Source of the DNA: a virus
Lineage: Duplodnaviria > Caudoviricetes
DNA: 64,000 nucleotides
Virus record (IMG/VR): IMGVR_UViG_2825252539_000001
Location: 64,001 to 128,000 of that record
Direction: 5' to 3' (one strand)
Below the pieces are notes generated by a model, which worked only from the letters and a program-made list of their open reading frames with translations, did not search any database and had not been told where the DNA came from. Below, one piece after another: positions 10,755 to 23,128 of this stretch (the first letter of the stretch is position 1; every line of letters starts with the position of its first letter). The position numbers were made by a program, and so were the translations under genes.

Positions 10755-12097
10755 GTCTAGTTCTGGCTCAGGTCTCCCGGATTCCCAAGAGCGCCATCGC
10801 GTCGCGGACTTCTCGCTTGACGCGTGCTGCGTCGACTGGCTCGTCTCTCAGAGCCTCCAGAGCGCGGTTGAGAGATTCTCCCGCGGCGGCGCGCTCGCCC
10901 TTGTAGTCGCGATATCCCATCAGGCCTCCGCCTCGAAATGCTTCTGGCATGCCGCTTTGGCGTCGTTGACCGTGCGGTATCGCTGCTCACTCCATCGGAT
11001 GTCAGCACTGAATCGATCCGCGCCGGCATCGCCTACCATCAGGCTCGCCTGCGGTCGCTGCACATTGGCGGACCACCCGCCCATCCCGTGCTCGTCGTTC
11101 TCGACGACATAGCCGGCGACGTGCGGATGATCGACCTTGGCCTCATAGACGCCGGTCTCCACCCTGCGGAATTCGAGTGTGGTCATCCTGCCGCAACCCC
11201 ATGCTTTCCTGTGAGGCTGACGATGTGCCAGCCCTTGCGGTAACCGAGCGTGTAGTCATTCGCCGCCTGAGAGAAGCCGTCAGCTGAGGCCCTCGGTCCG
11301 CCCATGTATTCGGGCGGGACAGACACCCCCGAGGGCTCTGGCGCCCCGTAGAGCGCGGACAGCTTGCCGGCGTTGTAACCGCTCATCCATGCGCCGCTCA
11401 CGCCGCACTCCGGATGATGTCCTGGCCAGCCCGCTGCAAGTTGGAGACGTGCACTCGCGCCTCAACCCAACCCATTTCATCGCGAAGCCGGTTGAACGTC
11501 ATATCGAACAGCGTCCACGGGTCAGTGCTCCAGAACGGGTGACTCTCGTCGTCCCACGCCTCGTCTGGCGGGTCGATCTCGACGGGTCGCGTGATGGGGA
11601 ACTGCTCGTCCACTTGCCGTTGCAGCTCCCAGTAGATCTGTCGGTAGCCGGCGTGATTGGGGTCCTCGCGGTAGAGCTTCTCGAACTGCTTCGCCGCGGT
11701 CACGGCATGCCGCGGATTCGCGGCAACGAGCTTGCGGACCGTGTCCAATGCCGTCACGTCAGACCGCCTTTCGCGCAACGGGCGTGAGGGGAGTGACCCG
11801 CTCCCAGTGCGTCGGGACGAAACCCGACCCGCTGGGATCAAGCTGAATGCCCGTCAACCGCTCACCCGAGTAGCGATGCTGGTAGACGGTCGCATCGTTG
11901 GTGGTGTGCACGAGACTGGCGCCGGTCTGCCACATCTTGGCCCGCCACAGCTTGCCGGCGTCGATCATGTGCCGGTTGAACGTCTCGACCCGATCGCGCT
12001 CCATCGCAACGCGGTCGGCGATGCGCTTCGGCCCGGTGCGGTACCCGTCGAGCTGGATGATTTCGGTCATTTTCGCTTCCCCTTCCGTCGTTGTCAT

Positions 12098-12140
12098 GGT
12101 TAGAAGTTTACCCGATTGCCGTACCCTATGCAAGGGGTAC
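12098..12140 (-). promoter_or_regulatory. SigA-type promoter with palindromic operator (copy 5)
   Basis: Minus strand TTGCAT-N17-TAAACT-N7-ATG(12097); operator GTACCCTATGCAAGGGGTAC at 12121-12140. Confidence 0.85.
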
Positions 12141-12371
12141 AAGCGGAAATTCTAGAGTTTGTCCGTTGATTTCGACCGTCAGCGTTGCAGTGCCGCCGGC
12201 CGCGGCGATGAACTTCGCGACGGTGGACAACAGCCAGTCGTTGCGCAGTTCCATCTGTGTGACCTTCTTGCGGTGGGCATGGCCGAATTCGTCAGCGATC
12301 TCCTGAATGGATCGATCCGACGCATGGCGAATGGCCCGCAGGTCGATGAGCTGCTCTGATGATTCCGTCAT
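12126..12371 (-). CDS. XRE/HigA-like helix-turn-helix protein
   Basis: LRAIRHASDRSIQEIADEFG...VTQMELRNDWLLSTVAKFIAAAGG matches the HigA/XRE pattern. Confidence 0.8.
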   Translation of the reverse strand: MTESSEQLIDLRAIRHASDRSIQEIADEFGHAHRKKVTQMELRNDWLLSTVAKFIAAAGGTATLTVEINGQTLEFPLVPLA

Positions 12372-13242
12372 GGGCGTAAGGGTAGCGCCCAGCACGCTAA
12401 TCATTGACGATCCTTTGACTCGTGCCGGTTTGGATCGGCCGCGGATCACAACTGCCGTTGACCCAGGCGTACGACAGTCCCAGACCACTACTGATCACCA
12501 TCGAGTTCACGTGTTCTTCGCACACAGATTGCCCGTTGATAGTGAACCTTGCGGCGGTCATCTCGCCGTTGGTCGTGTAGCACTCGATGCAGTGCATCAG
12601 TCCACCCGACCGCGGGATGTGAACGCGACAGGGGAGTAGGTAGGTACTTCGCCGGCCTCTTGCCCGGTCTGGTCGCGGTGCTCGTCCTGCTCGTTTCGGA
12701 CCAGCTTGTCGACCAGCGTGTCATCTAGATTCACTTTGCCTCCAATCGATCCACTCGCAACGGTTGGCCGGCGTCGGGGTGTGTGTCGTAGAACTTCACG
12801 ACGTCGTCACTCTCCAGCGCCCAGATGATGCTTTGACTCATGACCGTGCAGGTCTCGCCGGAGTCGAACGTGATACGCCACTCGTAGTTCACAGCGATCC
12901 CGGGTGTGGCGCATCGACGTAATCGGCAGGGTTGTGCCCCTTTGTGGTGAGAATCCGGTGACCTATGGGATCGCTCTTGCGCAGTCGCCGCAGATACCGC
13001 CACGTGTACAACCAGGTAAGTGCCCATCTCATGAGCGGTACCACCGACCTCTCAACTCCTCAGCGAATGCCGGCGTTTCTACCCCGGCAAAATCCGCATG
13101 CAACGCGTCGAGCAGCTCAAGCAGCTCCGCGTTTGACGGGGTGCGATAAACCGTCGCCTCCCGGTCGCAGTCCCATTGCTCCAGCCCTAACCGCTCGCGT
13201 GTCCACGAGTAATTCGTTTCGCCATCGCTTCGCATGATGGTC

Positions 13243-14304
13243 CTATTGTCCTGAGCCGATAAGCCGCTGACCAGTCCCATTAATGGGAACGGTGTTCCGT
13301 GCGATCAGGTGCCATTGCTTGCCCAACGGGCGCCGCCGATGGTCTGCCGGCCGGCGCTCCCCGATGATGGCCGGATCGTGGTAGAGCGTGCCGCGGGCGA
13401 ACTGCCGACCGTCTGGCATCGTGGCTACTTCGGTGGCCGTGTGGGCTGTACCCCACAATGAGGTAGCCACCACACGGCGGTTACCTTCCACGCCGCCCGC
13501 TCGCATGATCACCCGTCGTTGCTTGTACCGCGCACCCTGCGCCGTCAGCTCCCGGGTGTCGACGTCCATGGGAATGGCGAACAAATCGCCCTGCCGTATG
13601 ACTTCCTTACCCAGGTCCCGCGCCATCTTGACCGACGGCGGAGCCAACAGCTCTAGTGCATGGTCGAGCGTCTCGGCCGGCTCCGGGAGTTGTGAGAGGA
13701 AATACAGCGGGGGAGATTCCTGGTGATCAAACGAGGAAATGAAGTACTCGCGCCGATGCTTACGCACTGCGGTAAACACGGAATCACCCAGCCAGTGCCG
13801 CGCGTCGTACCACCGGTAAGCACCGTTGACGAGACGCACCGCTTGACTTCCGCCACCGCTCCAGATCTGCCCGACAACATCCCGACCATCGGACACGCTG
13901 GAAATGGGCACGGCGCCCCACCCAGATATATGCCACGACAGTAGAAAACCCTTTGAGGTAAGCGGTGTAGCTAACGGTTCCATCGTCGGCGGTTCGTCGC
14001 TCTCCCGCAGGGTGTAGGTGAATCCGTCGCCGTGAACGTCGACCGGTTCAATCGTCTTGTAGTGGATGCCGGCGCTTTCGAGTGCTCGCAAGGGAACGAT
14101 CACCGCAATCGCGTCCGGCACCGCAGTCCTCACGGCCGCGCGCAAGATCGTTTGCCGGCGTGCGATCCCGCGGCTCCGATCACCATTCAGCCATGCCACA
14201 TTAGGCGCCAAACCGTGCCCCAGGGGAATGCCGCGGTACCAGAACGTCTCGGCGCCCTCCGGAATGGTCAGCGCCCAATCGGCGCAGAGGTCGATAACGC
14301 TCAC
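13243..14304 (-). CDS. Hypothetical protein (~353 aa)
   Basis: Long ORF; GTG start overlaps the upstream TGA; contains RQGDLFAIP. Confidence 0.7.
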   Translation of the reverse strand: MSVIDLCADWALTIPEGAETFWYRGIPLGHGLAPNVAWLNGDRSRGIARRQTILRAAVRTAVPDAIAVIVPLRALESAGIHYKTIEPVDVHGDGFTYTLRESDEPPTMEPLATPLTSKGFLLSWHISGWGAVPISSVSDGRDVVGQIWSGGGSQAVRLVNGAYRWYDARHWLGDSVFTAVRKHRREYFISSFDHQESPPLYFLSQLPEPAETLDHALELLAPPSVKMARDLGKEVIRQGDLFAIPMDVDTRELTAQGARYKQRRVIMRAGGVEGNRRVVATSLWGTAHTATEVATMPDGRQFARGTLYHDPAIIGERRPADHRRRPLGKQWHLIARNTVPINGTGQRLIGSGQ

Positions 14305-14769
14305 GATCTCGTGCACTCCGGCGAGTGTGGTTCGGCGATGTGCGCTTTGCACTCGTGGCAACGGTTTTCGTCGTCATAGCCGCGCTTCACGGTTACCCGT
14401 ACGTGCTTGTACTTCAAGCGGTAACGGCCGGTTGAGTACATCACCAGGACGTGATGCCCCTTCTCCCATACCCGACCGACGACTAGACCGTCTTCGATGT
14501 CTCCCGGTTCCAGCTCGTTCGCTTCGACGGTGACGATCATGAGCGTCCCGCATACGTCTGAGGGCTGTAACCGCTTGGCTGAATCCCTCGCGGTCCGCGA
14601 TACGAACCGTCGGACCAGTTGACCTCGACACCGTTGACGTGCAACAGGTCTGCGACGACTCCGCTGAGATCTTGAGATAGCAGGACCGCGGCCCGTTTGA
14701 CATCTTCCGGCAAGTACTCGACCGAGCTGCAATACGCGTGAACTTCGGTCTCGATGTCCTCGATGCGAA

Positions 14770-15261
14770 TCATTCGACATCCTCGCTGTCAGCGCGCCAG
14801 ATCTCGCGATCGATCTCGTCGGCACGGTTCTGTGCTTCTAACTTCTCGTCGTCGAGCCACTTCTCGATGGCGTAAGCCATCAGCTCCGCCTTACTGATGA
14901 TGTCCGCGTCTATCGCCTTGTTTAGCTCGTCGTAGTCACTGCGGAACGGGGAGAGCTGATAGGCCTGATTCGACTCGATCATGATCGCTGCGTAGTCGGC
15001 CAACGCATCACGCGCTATGATCCGACCGTGAACCAAGTCAACGCCATTGCGTTGCATGACCGTCTCGCCGCGCTCCCGCCGTGCCGCCAAGCCGGCCCAA
15101 CCGCCATGTTGCGGGGTTAGTTCCTTGATCCGCGACGCTAGTTCGTAGCGCTCCGATTCAACTTCGGCGATGTGGCGCGCCAGCGTCTCTGTCGTATGCC
15201 CTTCGGCAATGAGCGTTGCGGCTCGCTGTGTCTTGACCCGCTCTAGAATCGCATCAGTCAT
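14770..15261 (-). CDS. Hypothetical helical protein
   Basis: 163-aa coupled ORF. Confidence 0.65.
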   Translation of the reverse strand: MTDAILERVKTQRAATLIAEGHTTETLARHIAEVESERYELASRIKELTPQHGGWAGLAARRERGETVMQRNGVDLVHGRIIARDALADYAAIMIESNQAYQLSPFRSDYDELNKAIDADIISKAELMAYAIEKWLDDEKLEAQNRADEIDREIWRADSEDVE

Positions 15262-17170
15262 TCCGGAACTACCATCTCAAGCGCCATCCCGTCGTTGATA
15301 TGCACCGTGATGTGCACACCCGCGGGAGCGTCGATCTCGATATTCAGCCCATCATGCGAGCTGGAATGGTGTGCATAGACCTCGACATCCTCGGGGAGGT
15401 CGTCGCGCCCTTCCATACTCGGATCGGGCCGCAGCGCCTGGCCGCCAAAGCGATTCATCGCCCTATCACCCGCAATTCAGCCTCGCGCTTGTCGTACTGC
15501 GCTTTCGGGTATGCCGTCGACCCGTCACCCGTTCCGCACGGAATGCCGTGGCTGTGCGTCCATGGTCCGCCGATGGAATGCACCCGCTCGTGACAGATGG
15601 CGCACTCATCGATGCCGCCCGACAGCAACGCGTCTTCGATGTTGTCGATTGCCGGCGCGATGAACGATTCGTACAGCTCGGTCACGTCGTCGGCGGTCAG
15701 TGCAAGCAACAGTTCATCGGGCACGGTCTCGCGATCCGCGAGGATGCCGAGGATGCCGCCCGACGCCATCACTTCTAGGTATGCCGCTTTGGCGATTTCG
15801 TTGATGTGATCGTGAGTGCTCATGCCGCCTCCCTCATTTCGTCGATGTCTCGTCGTACCGCGTTCCGAACCGCCTCCGGCAAGTCAGACCATCGGGTGTA
15901 CTTGTGCCGCATGCGGTATCGGTAAGCCGCTACCTGGTGAGGCTGCAACTCAAAGTGCGACCCGTTGCCCTCGGGGGTAAGCGAGTAACCACCCATCCAT
16001 TCGCCGTAATTCTCGTAGCGCTGGACGTCGGTATAGATCACGTCATACCGTTCGGGCGCCGGATCATTCGGCCCAACGTCGATGATGGCCAGCACTTCCC
16101 GCGGGCAATCCCCGTCAAGCCACCGTTTCGAGCAGCGCCGGGGCGCATACGGCTTCATGCCGCGTCCTTTGTGATGTACCCAACGAGATATTTCGAGTTG
16201 TCCCGCCCGTACTCGTGAGAGCTGTAGACGTTGAGCGTGTTGGGGATGGACGACGACGTGATGACGGGGTTGTGCCACAGCTCGCGCGTCGCTATCAACG
16301 CGCCGCGGATGTCCCGCTGATCCGACCCGCTATCGGAGTGAAACAGCTTGGCACCCTTGTGGGTAGTCACGGTCTGACTCATGGCCGGCCGTCCCAGTCT
16401 TCAGACAACACATTAGAGAATCGGTTGATCGTGACGCGGCGCAAGTTGGCGTTAGCGTCCCGCTGTTGTGACATCACTTCCCGCCACCGTTCGTCATCAC
16501 CTTCGACGGCTCGCGCGATGTCTGAGTAGTTCTGTTGGATGCCGTCACGCTGCCTGTAGTGGTCCGCGAGAATCTCCCGCAAGCGCTCTACGCGCAACGT
16601 GTCGACACTGCCGAACCGCTCGGCTAGGGTCTCCGGTGCGCTCACGGCCGCTGATCCGTTTCGGGATTCCACAGCAAGAGCGCAGGCAGGGGAACGCGGC
16701 CCGGGGGATACATGACATGCGATCCCGCGGCGCCCCACTGATTAGCGCTGAATTTTTCCATCGCGCCGGCCGGAAACTGTGCCAGGACAACGGCGCCCAC
16801 CGGCAACGCGTCGACCTCGCCGAAGGTCTCGATCTTGCGCGCGGTGATAGCGCGGGCGAGTAGTTCGCCGTAGCCGTCCAACTCGCTTTGCGCCATGCTC
16901 GCGGCGCCCGTCAGTTGAACGGTGCATGCTCCCGGCTTGTCGATGAACACATGGCCTTCGGCGTGGTCTCGGTAGTGCCGCGAATACTTTGCGCTACTCA
17001 CTGGTAAATCCTCCCGGTCTCGATCAGGTAGACGGCGTGACCTTCGATGTTGTCAAGCTCGTCTTGCAGCTCGTGCCAATCCTTTGTGCTGATCGGCATT
17101 TCGCGCGCGTACTCGGCTAACGTGTCATCGTTGGCAGGTAGGCCGTGTTCCGCTAGCCACTCGGGGTAAG

Positions 17171-17335
17171 TCATTCCGACCCGTCCACCGCGGCCCGCAA
17201 TGCAATCACTTTGCAGTACGGCAAGATCACTGCCGCCGGCACACCGCCGCGCGTGATCGTGTACTCGGCTTCGTTGTTCGCCACGTCGCGGACCATGGCG
17301 CCGATGCTCTGTCGCTTGTCGCTGCTCTTGCTCAT
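17171..17335 (-). CDS. Phd/YefM-like orphan antitoxin (54 aa, not in the ORF track)
   Basis: Manual translation gives MSKSSDKRQSIGAMVRDVANNEAEYTITRGGVPAAVILPYCKVIALRAAVDGSE; the ITRxGxPxAVI motif is typical of the Phd fold; leaderless start behind a promoter. Confidence 0.65.
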   Translation of the reverse strand: MSKSSDKRQSIGAMVRDVANNEAEYTITRGGVPAAVILPYCKVIALRAAVDGSE

Positions 17336-17377
17336 GACCCAATCCTAACCGATTGCCGTACCCCACGCAAGGGGTAC
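17336..17377 (-). promoter_or_regulatory. SigA-type leaderless promoter with palindromic operator (copy 4)
   Basis: TTGCGT-N17-TAGGAT-N6-ATG(17335); operator GTACCCCACGCAAGGGGTAC at 17358-17377. Confidence 0.88.
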
Positions 17378-17677
17378 GCTAAAACTTCTTCTCATACTCG
17401 GTGGCGATACGTGCAAGCTCGCCGGCAAGCGTGGCCTCATGCGTGGTGAACACGATCCACCGACGATCCCATTCGTTCATGATGGTTTGCATCCGCTGCA
17501 ACGCCTGGACGCACCACAGATGCAACACACCCGATGGGCTCTTTGCGGCTTCGTCGATCAGCGCGGCTAACTCGTCACCCAGTTCGTACAACTCTTTGGT
17601 GGGTATCCGATAGATGTACGCCTGCCATTGGTCCGCGTTTGTCCGGGTCAGTTCATCGGCGCGCGCTTGGTCGAATG

Positions 17678-18127
17678 TCACTTGGTGAAGCTCCACCCGC
17701 TAAAGCTTTTGTTGAGTATTTCGTCCAACGTCGTCGGGTTCGACTCGACAGGCCACCACCGCGGATACTGCCACGTGCGTTTGCGGTAGCTCCAAAAGCC
17801 ATCCGGACGTTTCATGTAATAACCCATGTTCGCCGAACCGTCGATGTCGAACGGCGCAAACTCCGCCATGGCGGTAAGAAACGACTGCCGGTAATACTTG
17901 TTGTACTCGCCCAGATGAGCAGCGACCGCTCGGATCTCGTCATCGGTCGGCATGATGCCGGTCTCAAAGTACGGTTCATCCCGGACCACGATTCCGGTGA
18001 TGTAATTCCATCGCGGATGCTCGGACGTCAGAAGCGGTACCCGCAAGCTTGTAGCCAACTCTGATTGAAGCGGGCTGATATCCCCGTCGGTGTCGATCCA
18101 CTTGCGCCGCGTGTATTCCTCGAACAT
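17678..18127 (-). CDS. Hypothetical protein
   Basis: ~150-aa aromatic-rich ORF coupled to the upstream gene. Confidence 0.6.
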   Translation of the reverse strand: MFEEYTRRKWIDTDGDISPLQSELATSLRVPLLTSEHPRWNYITGIVVRDEPYFETGIMPTDDEIRAVAAHLGEYNKYYRQSFLTAMAEFAPFDIDGSANMGYYMKRPDGFWSYRKRTWQYPRWWPVESNPTTLDEILNKSFSGWSFTK

Positions 18128-20719
18128 CACGCGGCCGTCCATGCGTGCATCTGCTGTTTGAGCTGTTGGTGTGCCAGCGTTCCCGCTACCACCACCGCGG
18201 CCATGATGTCATCGCCGGCCCAAATCTCATTGACTCCGACCGTGAGAGTCCAGCCGTTGCCGTCACTCTGAATGATGGCCAGATCACCGCTCGGCATTCT
18301 GCGCCAGTACATCTCACCCGAACTTGCGCGCGTCCATTCGTACTCCAGCTCGGTCGCAATCTCTTTCATGGCGCCCATGGGTTAGGCCTCCGTTCGTGCG
18401 TAGGGATTGTGAGCGCTCTTGAAGTCCACGCCAAGCGATTTGCGGTCATGCTCGGCGCCCCGCGAGCACGTAGCCATGTGGCCAGACCAGAGCACTTCAC
18501 CACCGACGATCACCTGTCGGTACACAAAGCAACGACGGTCGCAGAATTTGCAATAGGCGCCGGCCATTACGCGCGGAACCTGATCAGGTCGTCAATCTCG
18601 ACGATGCGCGGCAATTCGTTCGGCTCTGTGATCGTGAACGTCACGACGTCGGTCCATTCGGCGATATCGCCTGTGAGAACCGTCCCGTCGTAAAGCGTTG
18701 CCTCAACCGTCCACGGCAGCGAACCGTTTTCGATGATCTCGCGCACAGCTAGCGCAACCATGTTCGCGAACGTGCCTGTCCATCCGCTGCCTGAGTTGCG
18801 TAGGTCAAGGTCGTAGCCATCGGCCACTAAATCGTTTGTCATCGCCCCTCCGTTTGCAGGTGTGCCGGCGCCTCAACCGCCGTGTAGCTGATCTGTGAAC
18901 TGAGACCGGCCGCGCGCAAGACCTCATTCACACGGTTGAGCGTGATACCCGGACCGTCGTCACTCTCGATGTATGCGGTGTACTGATAGACGGTCATTGG
19001 CAGAACCGTTGCTCAAACGTGGCGCGGTCCATCTTCCAGCGGCCTAGACCGTCTGCGCCCTGGTAGTAGACCGTGTCCGCGGTTACTCGCGAGACCTTCA
19101 TCTGCATAGGTTCGTTGTCCTGAGTCAGGAAACGGTCATGCGTGAACAGCATTCCCCGTCGTGGTCCGATCACGTGTAACTCCGATCTGCCGTAGTACGT
19201 CACGCCATCCGTCGAAAGCTCATCGATCATTTGCAGTAGCGCACTGTCGGGTATCTGTCGCTTGCCGGCGTACGGGGAAGTGCTCAACAGCGCTAGCAAG
19301 TCGTCGCAGTTATTCACGACATGCGGCAAGCTGGTGTAGCAGTGCTGGCCATGGTCAATCGACTCGATCACCTGAGTCATGCGCGTATCCCCGTGTCGAC
19401 GTAGCCGATTCGCATGCATATTGCAATGCAATCCCACGGGTGAACAATGCACTGGCCCGTGTCGTGGCTGAACGCGTGACCGTTGCCGTCACGATCGATC
19501 AGAACGTCATGCATCATCGCGGCGCCCCGTCAATCGTGAGCACGCGGCTTTCATGGACGTATATAACAGTGTTCTGCACATTGACGGCATAGGTAATGCC
19601 ATCGGCGCCGCGTAGCTTGTGGCGAACCGTTCCCGACGTTGCCGTCATTGTCTCGCCCCATTCGGCGCTAGGTGCCCACGTGACAATCATCGCGGCGCCA
19701 CCAGATCGAACGCGCGCGCTTTCTCTTGCATGTTGTGCAGGTCAATCACTCGCTGAATCGCGGCTTCGCGCGTCCATTGCCACGAACTGATGTCACCCGC
19801 AAACGCGCGCCAGAGCACCCGGCCGGCCGCGTTGTGATCCTTGCGAACCAAACCGACGGTCTCGCCATACTCGCGCGACTCAATGAAGCCATCGCGCTTG
19901 GCTATGACACTCTGGCGAGTGTGCAGGTTTAGGTGATGCTTCACCACGTCGTCAATGAGTGTCATCGCGTCACCACGTAATCCTCAGACGCGACTAGATG
20001 GCCGTAGGCCTGGTGAACGCGCGCCGCTGCGTCTGCCGCGCTATCAGCCGGCACACTAACTTGCCGGGTATCACCGGCATGATCGATGAACTGCACGTTG
20101 TACACGGCTAAAACTCCCGAAAGAACTTGGCGCCGTCGTGCCGGTGGGCAATGTCGCGCAATTGGTCATCGGTCAACGTCTCACTGTCGGTACCGGGTAT
20201 CTGTGCGTTGTCCCTGTCGAACAACGGCCGGCACTCTAGGCAGTACTCATTGCCGCAAGCGCCGTAGTAAGCCGCGGTCATCGCGTGATCTCCCTTCGAT
20301 ACTTGGTCAGTACTTGCTCATGCGTGAGACCCGTTGCCGCTAGCCGGCGCCCGCGGTCCGCATTAGTCCCTGAGGCTGGCAATCCTTCGCCCTTGCACGC
20401 GCGCCGAAGGATGGCGCCGCTAGTGCAGTGCATAAGGTGCCACGCGTCCGAAGTCGTCTCGGCGCCGTTGTCTGTGTAGACGATTCTCACGACAACTCCA
20501 CCGTGTAATACCGTTGATTCGGGTACCGGTTGCGCCACGTGTTCACGTGTTCCGACAGTTCCGCCCAACTGGTATTAGCCAGAGTGTGAACCGTCGACAT
20601 ACGCGTTACGGGAATCGTCTCTCTGTGACCGTCTGAGGACACTAGAACAGTTCCGCCGTTCTCAAAGTGCCGGCGCGCGTCATGGAACTTGACCCGCGTT
20701 GCCGTGCCGATGATCTCGC

Positions 20720-21055
20720 TCATGCGATACCCACGTGATTCGTGCCGTGATTCTCTCCACCGCAAGCGCAGTCGCACGACGGTCCAACCGCACCCATGCA
20801 TACCCCGTTGCATTCCTTATCGGGATTTACCCGACCCTGCAACTGATTCCACGTCAGATGGCGCTGATGATCGGCGCACCACATACCGGCCGCGACCAGT
20901 TCGGCGCCGTTGTGGCCACCGTAGAAGATCGAAACAGACTTCCAGCCATACTCGATGTAAGGCGAGTCCACTACGCGCCGTGTCTTGCAACCGGCTACCG
21001 GGCATTTGCCGAACCAGCGCTCTAGCTTGCGCTTGCGGTTAATGGTTACGCTCAT
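20720..21055 (-). CDS. Cys-rich Zn-binding protein
   Basis: CPVAGC...CADH...CNGVCMGAVGPSCDCACGGENHG; leaderless first gene behind a promoter. Confidence 0.8.
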   Translation of the reverse strand: MSVTINRKRKLERWFGKCPVAGCKTRRVVDSPYIEYGWKSVSIFYGGHNGAELVAAGMWCADHQRHLTWNQLQGRVNPDKECNGVCMGAVGPSCDCACGGENHGTNHVGIA

Positions 21056-21099
21056 GGTCTATAGATTACCCGCTCATGCGTACCCCGCGCAAGGGGTAC
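21056..21099 (-). promoter_or_regulatory. SigA-type leaderless promoter with palindromic operator (copy 3)
   Basis: TTGCGC-N18-TAATCT-N7-ATG(21055); operator GTACCCCGCGCAAGGGGTAC at 21080-21099. Confidence 0.88.
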
Positions 21100-22132
21100 A
21101 GCAGACTTTCTACCGAAGACTTTCCGGCATAGCCAAACCAACGCCATGCCGGCCGCAACCGCAGCGGCACCGTACAAGATAATGGCGGCAACGACATGCG
21201 CGACGGTCACAACTTACTCCCGTGTGGCTTCGGCGCATACGTGGCCGTGATATTGCCGCGACGGTCTCGGCGCATGCGTTGCCATGAGACTTGTTCGGCC
21301 GGCATCCACGTTTGACACTGAGGACACCACGCGCGCACTCCCGTACCGGGATTGAATACCCGTTTCGTCGGCTGCGGGTTGCTGCAAGTCATGCCGGTAC
21401 CGCGGTCTTGAACTGTCGCAGTTCGGCGCGCGATTGCTCTAGCGACTCGAACGGCATGCCCTTATGTTCTGGCTTGTGCGACCACGGCCGATTGCGGCAA
21501 TACTCCATCACCGCGGGTAAATCCCATTCGCCCTTAGGCAGGATATAAGCCGTGGCATGCAGATAGACCGACGTCCGCAGCGGCAACGGCCGTTCGCCCC
21601 ATGAGGGTTGGTAAGCCTTGATCTTGCCGTCACGCGTCACGCTGGTTACCGTGCCAACTTCAATGTCGGCGCGGTCGTATGACGCTTGGCCGATCATCGC
21701 GACTCGGCTAGTGCGCGCGAACAATACGCCATCGCCTCGTTTGAAGACGGTCACTAGTCCATCCCATGCGGGTAGACGTTGGGCTGATACTTGGCCAGCA
21801 ATGCCCTACGCGCGTCGGTTAGGTGTGAGTGCGCTTCGGCCGTGAGAGTGTCGTCTGACATCTCCAGCGATGACACAAGCGACATTGCCCGCGTTACCGC
21901 GTCGATAGCGGTTTTGGCGATCAGTTCCCGTTCCGCAGCGTTGGTTGCTTGCGACGGGATATCGCGCTCTTGGACTATCGCGCAACGGTTGCGCGTATGC
22001 CCTTCAATCGCGCCGGCCGCGTCGGTAGCCGCGCGCCGGTCATCAGGTGTGCCGTTGTGGGTCACTGTGACGTGCATGATTCGATCCTGTCTAGGCTTCT
22101 GGTGAGCTGGTGAGCGATTCCCTTTTATGGGA

Positions 22133-23128
22133 CTAGTCGAGTGATACCGTCGCGGCTTCTGCCGCTGATCGATGCCCGCTGATCTCGTGGTAACCGATCA
22201 GGTTGGACCAGTTCTGACTGCCGCCGAAGAAGTGAACCGAGACGGTTTTGGCGTTGGCGCGAACCACGTTGTACCAACTGCCGCGGTACTTGACCTGATC
22301 GCCCTTCTTAACCGTCTCTTTGCTGTACGTACTGGCCAGTCCCGCGGCTTGCAGCTCGGCGAATACACCTTTCCAATAGGTGATCTCGTCGGCGCGTTGC
22401 GCCATGCGTGACTCCAGCGTTTCGCGCCGTGACCCGCTAGCCGGCGCCTCATAGTCATAGACCGGTTGACCGTTAAAGGTCCCGATCAGACGCTTAGGCC
22501 TGCCGTCAATCTCCCGCTGGTCTTTTCGCTGCTCGGCTTCCATCCTGTCGATACGGTTTTTGACCGTCACAGGGTTATTCCGATGAGCGGTAGCGCGTGA
22601 CGCGACGTCGGCACGGCGCGCGGCTTCTTCGGCCGCGGTTGACGCTTCGCAAGCACTGCCAAGCGCATTCCATGCCTTATCGATGGCGTTACGGTGCCGG
22701 CGCTCGGAATGGTGGCCAATCTTGATCGGTTCGCCACCCGGGGGTAACGCTTCACAAGCGCGGTCGTGCCGGTCCCATGCGGCCGTAGCCTGATCGGCGC
22801 GCCGGTCCGCTTTAGCCGCTAGAGCGTCTGCCCTGTCATCGGCACGTTGCGCGCGGTCCGCTTCGGCTTCTGCCACGTCACGGTGTGACGCGTCGACCGA
22901 CACCACAACGTTAAAACCATCGGCGCGCAATGCTTCGGCCGCGCGATTGATCTTGTACATATTCGGTTGCCGGTCACGGCTATTCGGGATACCCCACATT
23001 CCCAGCGTTCGGAACCATCGGAAGCCGTGCGCTTTCAAGATGACGTTAGAACCGTCACCGCGCGAAGTACCGTCGACTAACGTACCGTCTTCGGCCGTGT
23101 GCGTGATCTCTACAGCGCTCATTTGCAA
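22133..23128 (-). CDS. DUF3560 domain-containing protein
   Basis: GEPIKIGHHSERRHRNAID signature; C-terminal SH3/KOW-like segment KKGDQVKYRGSWYNVVRANAKTVSV. Confidence 0.8.
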   Translation of the reverse strand: MQMSAVEITHTAEDGTLVDGTSRGDGSNVILKAHGFRWFRTLGMWGIPNSRDRQPNMYKINRAAEALRADGFNVVVSVDASHRDVAEAEADRAQRADDRADALAAKADRRADQATAAWDRHDRACEALPPGGEPIKIGHHSERRHRNAIDKAWNALGSACEASTAAEEAARRADVASRATAHRNNPVTVKNRIDRMEAEQRKDQREIDGRPKRLIGTFNGQPVYDYEAPASGSRRETLESRMAQRADEITYWKGVFAELQAAGLASTYSKETVKKGDQVKYRGSWYNVVRANAKTVSVHFFGGSQNWSNLIGYHEISGHRSAAEAATVSLD

